IMG/VR virus record: IMGVR_UViG_3300037692_000673
Span: 1 to 36,290 of that record
Strand: one strand, 5' to 3'
DNA length: 36,290 nt
Origin: a virus
Lineage: Duplodnaviria > Caudoviricetes
Every line of letters begins with the position of its first letter. Position 1 is the stretch's first letter. The notes beneath the pieces are model-generated. The model made no database searches, was not told the DNA's origin, and saw only the letters and a list, made by a program, of their open reading frames with translations. Made by a program: the position numbers and the translations under genes. Shown here piece after piece: positions 19,977 through 27,253 of this stretch.

Positions 19977-19978
19977 TG

Positions 19979-20194
19979 TTATCTCCTTCGTAAGGTCTCG
20001 TTTATTTGCTCGCAACGCACACAGCGTTCACATCCAGGAACCGCGATTCTTCTTGGTTCCGGGATTTCGGCATCACAGTCAATGCAGTTTGCAAGTGAGG
20101 CTGTCCCGGAGCGTATTCTGTTGGCGTGGGCCGCAAGAACCTGGTTGCGGAACTTTTCGTCCGCCTCTTGCGCACGATCAAGGTCATCCATCAA
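19979..20194 (-). CDS. TraR/DksA C4 zinc-finger protein
   Basis: MDDLDRAQE...CIDCDAEIPEPRRIAVPGCERCVRCEQ. Confidence 0.92.
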   Translation of the reverse strand: MMDDLDRAQEADEKFRNQVLAAHANRIRSGTASLANCIDCDAEIPEPRRIAVPGCERCVRCEQINETLRRR

Positions 20195-20199
20195 ACTGC

Positions 20200-20355
20200 C
20201 TAGAATCCTGCTTTATCCAGTTTGTGGCCAACTCCGGTCAACGCCATAGCACTTACAATTTGCTGTATTCCACCGGGTACATCGCCCTGGATGATTGTGA
20301 GAATGCCGAGGACTGCTAACGCTGTAGCGGCTGTGTATGTCTTCCATCCTTTCAT
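20200..20355 (-). CDS. Putative holin (51 aa, not in the ORF track)
   Basis: MKGWKTYTAATALAVLGILTIIQGDVPGGIQQIVSAMALTGVGHKLDKAGF; AGGAG RBS; two hydrophobic stretches; follows the endolysin. Confidence 0.65.
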   Translation of the reverse strand: MKGWKTYTAATALAVLGILTIIQGDVPGGIQQIVSAMALTGVGHKLDKAGF

Positions 20356-20385
20356 TTTTTGCTCCTGTTAAAGTTTGTTTAAAAG

Positions 20386-20880
20386 TTACGAGACGCCGAT
20401 CATTGACTCTCGGATCTGCCGAATACGCTGCACGTATTCGATTGTTTCAAAAGCTTTCTCTCCCGTGATCTGAGGGAGCACTGCAGCTATATCGTGCCAG
20501 ATATCAGGCCGCGAAGCTGCTCGCTGGGCCTTGATGATATTGTTGACTCCGGCGTTGTAGGCACCAAAGGCGAAAAACAACCGCTCCTGGCCTTTTTCCT
20601 TTTTAAATGTCAGCCATTTTTTATGCAGATAATGGATACCCATCAGTATATTGACTTGCGGATCGAACGGGGTATCAGGCACCCACAGCTCACCGGCGCA
20701 CTCTTTGGATGTTTCCGGCATAAGCTGCATGATGCCTACAGCACCGGCCTCGCTTACTGCGTCCGGATCAAGGTTGGATTCGGCAATTGCTTGAGCCTTA
20801 ATCCATTGCCAGGCGACCTCATCCTCAAAGTAGAGGGGAGTATAGGTGCGGATAAGGTAATCGTATTTTGGTGTGGGCAT
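20386..20880 (-). CDS. Endolysin, SLT lytic transglycosylase
   Basis: AESNLDPDAVS, GAVGIMQLMPET, AYNAG, ETIEYV. Confidence 0.92.
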   Translation of the reverse strand: MPTPKYDYLIRTYTPLYFEDEVAWQWIKAQAIAESNLDPDAVSEAGAVGIMQLMPETSKECAGELWVPDTPFDPQVNILMGIHYLHKKWLTFKKEKGQERLFFAFGAYNAGVNNIIKAQRAASRPDIWHDIAAVLPQITGEKAFETIEYVQRIRQIRESMIGVS

Positions 20881-20909
20881 GACTCTCTCCAGTTGGTTTC
20901 AACCTCAGG

Positions 20910-20945
20910 TAAACCGGGACAGGACATGGGGCCTGTCCCGGTTTA
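20910..20945. other. Perfect 14-bp hairpin in the lysis-operon leader
   Basis: TAAACCGGGACAGG, 8-nt loop, CCTGTCCCGGTTTA. Confidence 0.75.
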
Positions 20946-20973
20946 GGAGGAAGAAACGTGATGTATGAAAAGA

Positions 20974-21016
20974 GTTATAGAGGATGGTGGGTCAAGGGTG
21001 TAGATGAAGGGGCTCA
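20974..21016 (-). promoter_or_regulatory. Candidate Mor/C-activated late promoter
   Basis: -10-like TATAAC (20979-74) with no properly spaced -35; imperfect dyad TGAGCCCCTTCA upstream; follows a terminator. Confidence 0.35.
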
Positions 21017-21028
21017 GTACTTGAGCAC

Positions 21029-21059
21029 AAAAAAAGCCCCCGGTGAATACCGGAGGCTT
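21029..21059 (-). terminator. Intrinsic terminator ending the antirepressor island
   Basis: AAGCCTCCGGT-ATTC-ACCGGGGGCTT followed by a T run on the minus strand. Confidence 0.85.
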
Positions 21060-21088
21060 GGGGAAAACAGGATATTGTTTGCTACTTT

Positions 21089-21316
21089 TTAAAGCCGTTC
21101 TATAGCCAGATTAATGGTGTTTTCAACTCCGTGTAAAATTATCACCAGGCCGTTTGCTCCTTCTTCCGACAACCCGAGGTCATTCTTTTCGAAGCTGAAA
21201 CTACCCGCCGTTTCGCTGATAAAGCGGGTGACGGCGGCAGCGCTGGAAAGCAGATCCGCCGGGTGGTCGTTTTCTCCGTAGGCGAATACGGCGCCTTTTG
21301 TTTCCTGGGTTGACAT
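21089..21316 (-). CDS. Hypothetical protein
   Basis: 75 aa, GGAGGAG RBS, coupled to the BRO-N stop. Confidence 0.65.
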   Translation of the reverse strand: MSTQETKGAVFAYGENDHPADLLSSAAAVTRFISETAGSFSFEKNDLGLSEEGANGLVIILHGVENTINLAIERL

Positions 21317-21960
21317 CAGTTCTCCTCCGAGTATATCCCGGATTTTTTAAGACGCCCCAGGCAGGAACGGACAGAACCTTTTTTCCTCCCAATGGCAAGA
21401 CCTATCTCGCGGAAGCTCAACCCCTGCTTTCTTAAGCGGATAACCTGCGCATCCTCATCAGGACTAAAGTTGACTCGGCGTGGTATTTTGGCTTCTGCCT
21501 CCTCAAGTTGCTTTCTGAGCAGCCGGTTATTTTCCACCAGTAGATTTTTGGTATCCCTGTACAACTCAAAAATCTCCTCTGATGGCACCAACGTCATTCC
21601 TGTAGGGATGTCTTTAATTGCGCCAGGAATTCCATAGGAACCGGTTTTACGGATGGCAGGGAGGACATCATGAGTTACCCAGCGACGAAACGGTTTAGCC
21701 TGTGGCTTATTGGAACGGATAATAAGGGTGTAAAGGCCGGACTCGGATAGACAATTTGCATTAGGATTTCCCCTTTGAATACCCTCAGAAATTCTTAGGG
21801 TATTCACTTCATCATCATCAAGACCCTTAACCGCCTCAGATGGGTTTGCCAGCGCCAAAATGTCGCAAACATCCTTAGCAACAAACCAGACCTCGCCAAG
21901 TTCATCTGTGAGTGTGCGGACATCGTTTGAATCATATTGGAAAATTGTTACTTCATGCAT
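21316..21960 (-). CDS. BRO-N antirepressor-family protein with C-terminal HTH
   Basis: WFVAKDVCDIL, LSESGLYTLIIRSNKPQAKPFRRWVTHDVLPAIRKTGSY; AAGGAGG RBS gives ATG at 21960. Confidence 0.9.
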   Translation of the reverse strand: MHEVTIFQYDSNDVRTLTDELGEVWFVAKDVCDILALANPSEAVKGLDDDEVNTLRISEGIQRGNPNANCLSESGLYTLIIRSNKPQAKPFRRWVTHDVLPAIRKTGSYGIPGAIKDIPTGMTLVPSEEIFELYRDTKNLLVENNRLLRKQLEEAEAKIPRRVNFSPDEDAQVIRLRKQGLSFREIGLAIGRKKGSVRSCLGRLKKSGIYSEEN

Positions 21961-22021
21961 GGTAAAACCTCCTTGAAAGGAATTAAGAAATAATCCCCGT
22001 CCAGCGCGACCAAACGCAAAA

Positions 22022-22100
22022 TGGACGTGGAACTGTGCGGGTTGGTCGACCGGGTCAAGGAACCGGCGAGCCCGAAGGCTCCCCACACAGCCCACGCCCA
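22022..22100 (-). ncRNA. C4/CI-like antisense RNA, specificity A
   Basis: 79 nt: outer stem TGGGCGTGG-G-CTGTGTGGG / CCCGCACAG-TT-CCACGTCCA; GAGCC-TTCG-GGCTC; CCGG-TTCCTTGAC-CCGG; single-stranded TCGACCAA. Confidence 0.85.
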
Positions 22101-22129
22101 AAGGAGTTTGCTGTGCTGAGTGTGGACGT

Positions 22130-22163
22130 AAAAAAACCGCCGATCCTGAAACATGATGGCGGT
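22130..22163 (-). terminator. Attenuator-like terminator upstream of RNA A
   Basis: ACCGCC...GGCGGT followed by a T run. Confidence 0.65.
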
Positions 22164-22225
22164 AGCGTCCGCCTTGAACTCCGGGCGACCAAACCCGTAC
22201 AACCGATATTTTCGGCTGCATGGGT

Positions 22226-22255
22226 AGAATAGCGGATAAAGGCGGGTTGTGTCAA
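22226..22255 (-). promoter_or_regulatory. sigma70 promoter for switch A
   Basis: TTGACA, 18 nt spacer, TATTCT. Confidence 0.65.
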
Positions 22256-22262
22256 CATTATT

Positions 22263-22525
22263 TTAAAACAACCGTCCCTGCCGATCGTCAACCGGTTTCT
22301 TTCCCAGGATATTCCACACCTGACGCTCGGTAAGGACAACAGCCCGTGCCAGCTCGGGAACTCTGGCACCCTGTTCGTACAACTCCAGCAACAACCTATT
22401 CCTTGCAGCTTTTTCCAACTTGTCTATAGTGGGGCAATACAGATATGTCCCCCGAAATTCCCCGACAATCTCCAAAACGACCTCCACGCCTTTTCCCGGC
22501 AGATACTTTTCGATGATTCTGGCCA
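22263..22525 (-). pseudogene. 5'-truncated second copy of mor
   Basis: Protein almost identical to the C-terminal ~85 aa of 24372-24758; N-terminus replaced by BRO-N DNA; a possible GTG start at 22526 has no clear RBS. Confidence 0.7.
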
Positions 22526-22704
22526 CCTGACTTTAGTTTAACTAAGGTCAGCTCATCATCATCAAGCCCCTCAAGAGCCCATGTTATATTCTCAAGTCCT
22601 AAAATATCACAGGTGTCTCTTGCTACAAACCATGGTTCTCCATACTCGTCTCTGATGGTTCTTACTACCTGCTCGTTGAATTTGAAAATTGTTACTTCGT
22701 TCAT
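22521..22704 (-). pseudogene. 3'-truncated BRO-N gene
   Basis: MNEVTIFKF...PWFVARDTCDILGL...LKSGGQ, then runs out of frame into the mor copy (stop at 22396). Confidence 0.75.
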
Positions 22705-22710
22705 GATACT

Positions 22711-22736
22711 ACCTCCTGGATAGGAATTAAGAAATA
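22711..22736. repeat. 26-bp exact copy of the ORF6N RBS/target region
   Basis: ACCTCCTGGATAGGAATTAAGAAATA identical to 24076-24101. Confidence 0.9.
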
Positions 22737-22768
22737 CACGGCTCCTTTTATTGGTTTTGCGGCGGTCA

Positions 22769-23413
22769 TCAGTTTGCCTCTGGGAACAAAGAAAGTTGTC
22801 TTGAGGATTGAGGCTTGAAAAAGGCGGCTGTGGTTCTGACGCTTGTACTTCCGAGAACAACACCGGCTTTCTGCAACAGGCGTCCCCAGACGGACACTGC
22901 GGAAGAACTGATATCAAGTAACTTGCCGCATTTTTCACAGGACAGCCCCATACGGCGATAGCGGACAAGGTCCGGGAGGAAAGAGGCTGGGTAGCCTTTG
23001 TTTCCTGCCTTGGCAAAGACTTCCAGCAATGCGTCGGTGGCTTGCGCTTTGGTAACGGACATGGCGGAGTTTAATTCTGCTTCCATGGCGTTGAATGCCG
23101 ATATATATGCTTCTTTGATTCGTGCGGCTTTGCGTCCGACATAGCCCATAACCAGGAAAATAAATCCGTCCTTGGTTAGTTCGATTACCTTGGAAGGAAT
23201 AGGTTTTCCACCTGATGGATTTTCACGATATATGACCGTCTCCTCAAAGTTGAGTAGACGGAAATCATCTGAGCAATTAAGGGTTTCAGCATCCCGTAGA
23301 ACATTGTCGTGACGTTTGTCAAAAGCCTCTGCCACCTTCAAACTGGTGGTGACCGGATGCCCGTCTTTAATGGTGAGTTGTTCTTTGATAATACTGATCT
23401 GCTTCTGGTTCAT
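22769..23413 (-). CDS. Rha-family phage regulatory protein
   Basis: VTTSLKVAEAFDKRHDNVLRD, LTKDGFIFLVMGYVGRKAARIKEAYISAFNAME. Confidence 0.92.
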   Translation of the reverse strand: MNQKQISIIKEQLTIKDGHPVTTSLKVAEAFDKRHDNVLRDAETLNCSDDFRLLNFEETVIYRENPSGGKPIPSKVIELTKDGFIFLVMGYVGRKAARIKEAYISAFNAMEAELNSAMSVTKAQATDALLEVFAKAGNKGYPASFLPDLVRYRRMGLSCEKCGKLLDISSSAVSVWGRLLQKAGVVLGSTSVRTTAAFFKPQSSRQLSLFPEAN

Positions 23414-24069
23414 GCGTTACCTCCTTCAAAAGGCAGCATCATTTGGCCGCTTTTCTCTAGGACTATCCTGGCGCGCTCGACTTTGGTGTGTTTTTTTACC
23501 GTGGACTTGGAGCGGTCATACTTTTTGGCCACCTGGGCGGTTGTCATGCCTAAGAGGATATCCTGTTTCATGGCTGCTGAATCCTCAACACTTACGGGCA
23601 TGGCGCTCATTTTTCCTCTGCCCTCGTGGTAATATTGCAGGAGGTGATGGTAATCGACGGTTTTAACCATTGTGTAAAGGGCTGGACGTCCTTCCCGGTT
23701 TACATGGAACATCTCCTCAAAGGCAGAAAAGGCGCGCATGATCTGGACGGAGCGTTCGTCTGCCACGTCACCCTGTAAAACAGCTGAAAGCATGTTGCAG
23801 CCGTTGCGGTAAAAACCGTAAGGTAAGCTTCCCGTGAGGCTCATTGAAAGCCCTTCAGATTGAAGGGCTTTTACTTCGTCTTTTGTGAGCTGAAAAACAA
23901 AATCTTCGGGAAACTTTTTCAGGTTCCGACGATACGCCTGGAGAATGCGCTCACTGTCGGTCTGATAGAATTCGGCAAGCTGTCTGGTCACCATAAATGG
24001 TGGTCTTCCCGGCAGGGTGAGAATTGCGGATTGAATGTTCTGGATGGTTACTGCGTGCTTCTTTTTCAT
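23410..24069 (-). CDS. ORF6N-domain antirepressor-like protein with C-terminal HTH
   Basis: LAEFYQ...QAYRRNLKKFPEDFVFQLT...NMLSAVL...IMRAF; AGGAGG RBS gives ATG at 24069. Confidence 0.88.
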   Translation of the reverse strand: MKKKHAVTIQNIQSAILTLPGRPPFMVTRQLAEFYQTDSERILQAYRRNLKKFPEDFVFQLTKDEVKALQSEGLSMSLTGSLPYGFYRNGCNMLSAVLQGDVADERSVQIMRAFSAFEEMFHVNREGRPALYTMVKTVDYHHLLQYYHEGRGKMSAMPVSVEDSAAMKQDILLGMTTAQVAKKYDRSKSTVKKHTKVERARIVLEKSGQMMLPFEGGNA

Positions 24070-24131
24070 GGTAAAACCTCCTGGATAGGAATTAAGAAAT
24101 AATCCCCGCCCCAGCGCTTCCAAACGCAAAA

Positions 24132-24210
24132 TGGGCGTGGAACTGTGCGGGTTGGAAGACCGGATCCAGGAACCGGCGAGCCCGAGGGCTCCCCGCACAG
24201 CCCACGCCCA
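24132..24210 (-). ncRNA. C4/CI-like antisense RNA, specificity B
   Basis: 79 nt, same fold as RNA A; loop TTCCTGGAT and single-stranded TCTTCCAA. Confidence 0.85.
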
Positions 24211-24239
24211 AAGGGGTTTGCTGTGCTGAGTGTGGACGT

Positions 24240-24274
24240 AAAAAAACCACCAGACATGAAACATGGTGGCGGTT
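24240..24274 (-). terminator. Attenuator-like terminator upstream of RNA B
   Basis: ACCGCCA...TGGTGGT followed by a T run. Confidence 0.65.
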
Positions 24275-24334
24275 GCGTCCGCCTGAATACCGGGCTTCCA
24301 AACCCGTACAACCGTTTTTTTCGGCTGCAAGGTA

Positions 24335-24364
24335 AGGATAGCGGATAAAGGCGGGTTGTGTCAA
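24335..24364 (-). promoter_or_regulatory. sigma70 promoter for switch B
   Basis: TTGACA, 18 nt spacer, TATCCT, just after the mor stop. Confidence 0.65.
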
Positions 24365-24371
24365 CATTATT

Positions 24372-24758
24372 TTAAAACAACCGTCCCTGCCGATCGTCAA
24401 CCGGTTCCTTTCCCAGGATATTCCAGACCTGACGCTCGGTAAGGACAACAGCCCGCGCCAACTCTGGCACTCTGGCACCCTGTTCGTACAACTCCAGCAA
24501 CAACCTATTCCTGGCAGCTTTTTCCAACTTGTCGATGGTGGGGCAATACAGATATGTCCCCCGGAATTCACCGACAATCTCCAAAACGACCTCCACGCCT
24601 TTTCCCGGCAGATACTTTTCGATGATCTTGGCCAACAGCGGCAAATCGCCCGGCAGTTCCTTTATTGCTGGAGTGAGACTTTGCAGGCGCTCTTTTATTT
24701 CATCTTTATCAATCAACGTCCACGCCCTCCCGTATTGCCCATTGTTTAAGCGTCTCAA
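24372..24758 (-). CDS. mor: Mor/C family transcription activator
   Basis: EFRGTYLYCP...RNRLL...ELARAVVLTERQVWNIL; follows GemA; true start probably near 24714-24722. Confidence 0.85.
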   Translation of the reverse strand: MRRLNNGQYGRAWTLIDKDEIKERLQSLTPAIKELPGDLPLLAKIIEKYLPGKGVEVVLEIVGEFRGTYLYCPTIDKLEKAARNRLLLELYEQGARVPELARAVVLTERQVWNILGKEPVDDRQGRLF

Positions 24759-25125
24759 TCAAGTCCCGAACCTGAGCACGATCGCACCAGAGTAGCGTCT
24801 CCATGCCGGTCTGGCGCTTGACAAATGCCTGCAAGGCTTTGTCTGATGGATTCTTGACAACATTCTTTTGGTACAGCGTGATCCAGATAGCCACAACCTT
24901 ACGCATGGCGGCATCTTTATACTTGGGGCTGGCCTTGCTGTTTTTCTTCCGCGTTGGTTGCCAGCCCAGGGCTTTAAAATGGAGCATGAGGTCAAAGGTC
25001 TGCTGGTGGGTGAGCTGCTTGGTTGACTCAATCCCGTAGCGGTCAGCAATGATGTCATATTTGTCTATGCCTAATTGCTTGCAGGCTATGTTGATTTTGG
25101 CGTATTGGGCGTTGGTTGGTGGCAT
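24709..25125 (-). CDS. gemA: GemA / Mu gp16 (DUF1018)
   Basis: AKINIACKQLGID, KVVAIW..L, ALQAFVKRQTG, LIETLKQW. Confidence 0.88.
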   Translation of the reverse strand: MPPTNAQYAKINIACKQLGIDKYDIIADRYGIESTKQLTHQQTFDLMLHFKALGWQPTRKKNSKASPKYKDAAMRKVVAIWITLYQKNVVKNPSDKALQAFVKRQTGMETLLWCDRAQVRDLIETLKQWAIREGVDVD

Positions 25126-25442
25126 TATGTATTCCTCAATTTCTTGATTTGTGTGTAATACCGGTCAATCCGTTGCTGGTATTTCTCGTACTTTCTGTAG
25201 ATATCTTCGCGCGCGGAAATAGCCGTAATAAGCGACATAGTTGATTCAAACGATCCATCTGTCTTTATAGGCCCCATTTCGAGATACATTGCCCACGCTT
25301 CTTCTCTTTTTTTGTGCAAAACATTGATTTTAGCCTGTAGGATATCAGCTTCGGTAATATGCCACCAAAACGACCTGTCATTTATCAGCTCCACCAATTC
25401 CGCCTTGCTCAGTTTTAGGCATTGTTCCCTGACCGACATCAT
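25125..25442 (-). CDS. Hypothetical protein
   Basis: 105 aa, tightly packed in the operon. Confidence 0.6.
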   Translation of the reverse strand: MMSVREQCLKLSKAELVELINDRSFWWHITEADILQAKINVLHKKREEAWAMYLEMGPIKTDGSFESTMSLITAISAREDIYRKYEKYQQRIDRYYTQIKKLRNT

Positions 25443-25733
25443 TCAAACCTCTTGTGATTCCAGTTCTTCAAGTTGTTGGAGCTTCTTGGTGCCCAATCGC
25501 CCCAGTTTGTTATATTTCTTCACAAGCGTTGCATATGCTTTTCGAGAGAGCTTTTTATCTTCCAGCTTTTTGTCGATCGCTTTCATTTGTCGGTGGATGT
25601 CGTTGCATTGGTCCCTCAAAGTAATGTTATAGGCCTGGGCAATAAAGGTCTCACCGACTATTTTTTGTTCTCTTGCAGCATCTACAATGATGACCAAAGA
25701 GGCTTTTGAGAGCTGGTCTGTTTTAATTTTCAT
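25443..25733 (-). CDS. Hypothetical protein
   Basis: 96 aa basic coiled-coil, packed in the operon. Confidence 0.6.
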   Translation of the reverse strand: MKIKTDQLSKASLVIIVDAAREQKIVGETFIAQAYNITLRDQCNDIHRQMKAIDKKLEDKKLSRKAYATLVKKYNKLGRLGTKKLQQLEELESQEV

Positions 25734-25735
25734 CG

Positions 25736-25981
25736 TTATCTTGCCTCGAATTCAGAGCAATGAATGCTGTCCGCATAGAAAGGAAGGTTTGCCCTGTCTG
25801 CGAGTTCCTTCTCTATCTTTCCGTCATCAATTGAGGCAAAAGCCAAAGCATCTTCTATGTCACAAAGAGCATCTCCATAATTACCGTTTCCATCATGCGG
25901 ACAATCCTTTACGCATTGATCACAATTAATATTCCGCCACGATTCAAATTCACTACCGTTTGAAAAGACTGTTACTCTCAT
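25736..25981 (-). CDS. Hypothetical Cys-rich protein
   Basis: FSNGSEFESW...NCDQC...CDI; start placed at MRVTVF. Confidence 0.6.
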   Translation of the reverse strand: MRVTVFSNGSEFESWRNINCDQCVKDCPHDGNGNYGDALCDIEDALAFASIDDGKIEKELADRANLPFYADSIHCSEFEAR

Positions 25982-26211
25982 TTTTCTTGCCTCGCGTAAT
26001 GGTGAGAAATAACTTCTGCCAGAAACCGACATCCATTTTCGCTCAAGTTGTTAGCAAATTCACGGGCCATCGTGTTTCGCTTTGTAAAATTTTTATCGTA
26101 CTTTTCGGCAACTGCACAAATAACCTCACAGGTATCTGAATCATCAAGTTTGTCGAGAAATTCTTCTGCTGTAATTGTCACATATGTTTTTTTCTCTATT
26201 TCAATAGCCAC
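25978..26211 (-). CDS. Hypothetical protein
   Basis: 77 aa, coupled to neighbours. Confidence 0.55.
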   Translation of the reverse strand: MAIEIEKKTYVTITAEEFLDKLDDSDTCEVICAVAEKYDKNFTKRNTMAREFANNLSENGCRFLAEVISHHYARQEK

Positions 26212-26780
26212 TATTCAAACCTCTTCTTCTTCCACGCATCCATTTCCTCATCCGTGGGCTTGGTGTCCCTCCTACACTGCATATAGTCATCCATAGGGCT
26301 TCGGACAGCCACAAGCCTCGCCACCTGTTTATTAACAAACCCCTGAGCCTCCTGGGTTCTGCGCGTTGATTCTGCTGCCGCATCCTGCTGATCCGCAAGG
26401 CCCCATGCGACCTTTTTTAGGTAGGTATGGTTGGGCATGGGTAAGGTCAGACCATCTCGACGCTCCTGCATCTGCTCCATGGCTTGTGCCCAGATCCTGG
26501 GAGGACATGGCCGCGCAACCTCGCCCTGGATCTGGACATATCCAAGTTCCGCAAGGGCAGAGACCTCAATCACCAGACGCTTTGCCTTTTTCCAAGTAAG
26601 TGCGCGTGTCCCAGGCCGGAAAAGAGAGATATAGCCAAGGGTGGCAAGTGGTAAAGGCGCTGGCAATTTTGCCACAGCCAGCAAAGTTTCACGGCACAGC
26701 GCATCATTGAGCCAGCTTTCGGCGCTGGCCACGCTTCCGCAGCCAGGGCAGATCAGTTTCATATATTTCTCCAGCGACAT
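26211..26780 (-). CDS. Conserved Mu-like early protein with N-terminal CxxC
   Basis: MKLICPGCG...YISLFRP...LTW...LPMPNHTYLKKV. Confidence 0.75.
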   Translation of the reverse strand: MSLEKYMKLICPGCGSVASAESWLNDALCRETLLAVAKLPAPLPLATLGYISLFRPGTRALTWKKAKRLVIEVSALAELGYVQIQGEVARPCPPRIWAQAMEQMQERRDGLTLPMPNHTYLKKVAWGLADQQDAAAESTRRTQEAQGFVNKQVARLVAVRSPMDDYMQCRRDTKPTDEEMDAWKKKRFE

Positions 26781-26921
26781 ATCTTGCCCTTAGAATCTTT
26801 ACACCAGTCGCCTCGTGCTTTCCTGCACCATTCCACAGTGCAGAGATCTTTGCGGCCATATGCTTTGCAGCAAGGCAGCTCGACTTTTGTATCTTGCTCC
26901 TTGGGGTGTTGATTACCTTTA

Positions 26922-27164
26922 TTAGTCGTCATAACTTGTAAGATCCCACTCCTGTAAATTACCTATGATTGCCTCACCGGCTGGAATGGGTATCTCTTCT
27001 CCTGGGACGCCACTATACGATTTCATTTCATCGCGGATGTATTTCCCAATGTTTTTTTTAATTTCTGCAATAGTGGTGTTGAGTTTATATCCTGCCAACA
27101 GTTCGTTAAGGTCAATTTCAACCGGGATGGACACGATCAATCTGTATGGTTTTATGTTTTTCAT
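26922..27164 (-). CDS. Hypothetical protein
   Basis: 80 aa, GAGGAG upstream. Confidence 0.55.
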   Translation of the reverse strand: MKNIKPYRLIVSIPVEIDLNELLAGYKLNTTIAEIKKNIGKYIRDEMKSYSGVPGEEIPIPAGEAIIGNLQEWDLTSYDD

Positions 27165-27253
27165 TTATTGTTTTCTCCTCTGCTACGCTGGCATCATCAG
27201 GCCGGAGCCACGACACTCCGACGATCCCGCAACTGCGGGATTTCGCCTTAATA

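Larger units (their letters stand above)
21958..22525. repeat. 568-bp imperfect direct repeat, copy A (3' mor + promoter + C4-like switch)
   Basis: Aligns with 24067-24634 at offset 2109, with one +1 and one -1 indel. Confidence 0.95.
24067..24634. repeat. 568-bp imperfect direct repeat, copy B
   Basis: Partner of 21958-22525. Confidence 0.95.

Noticed and set aside
11645-20319. Long plus-strand ORFs (11645-12376, 16732-17343, 17520-18107, 19564-20319)
   Set aside because: Antisense shadows of well-supported minus-strand genes with no recognisable motifs
22022-22100. tRNA-like cloverleaf
   Set aside because: No T-loop or D-loop consensus and no anticodon arm; the fold fits a C4/CI-type RNA
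24070-24330. 87-codon N-terminal extensions of ORF6N and BRO-N (also 21961-22221) and Ash-like ORFs over the switch
   Set aside because: Two indels shift the frame between copies and one Ash-like frame has a stop in copy A, while RNA structure is preserved. Strong SDs mark the starts at 24069 and 21960. A short leader peptide is not excluded.
21958-24634. DGR template/variable repeat, CRISPR array or att sites
   Set aside because: Differences are not adenine-specific, there is no reverse transcriptase, no spacer periodicity and no integrase
26798-26932. Possible 44-aa Cys-containing minus-strand ORF (MTTNKG...)
   Set aside because: Short, no convincing RBS; cannot be supported
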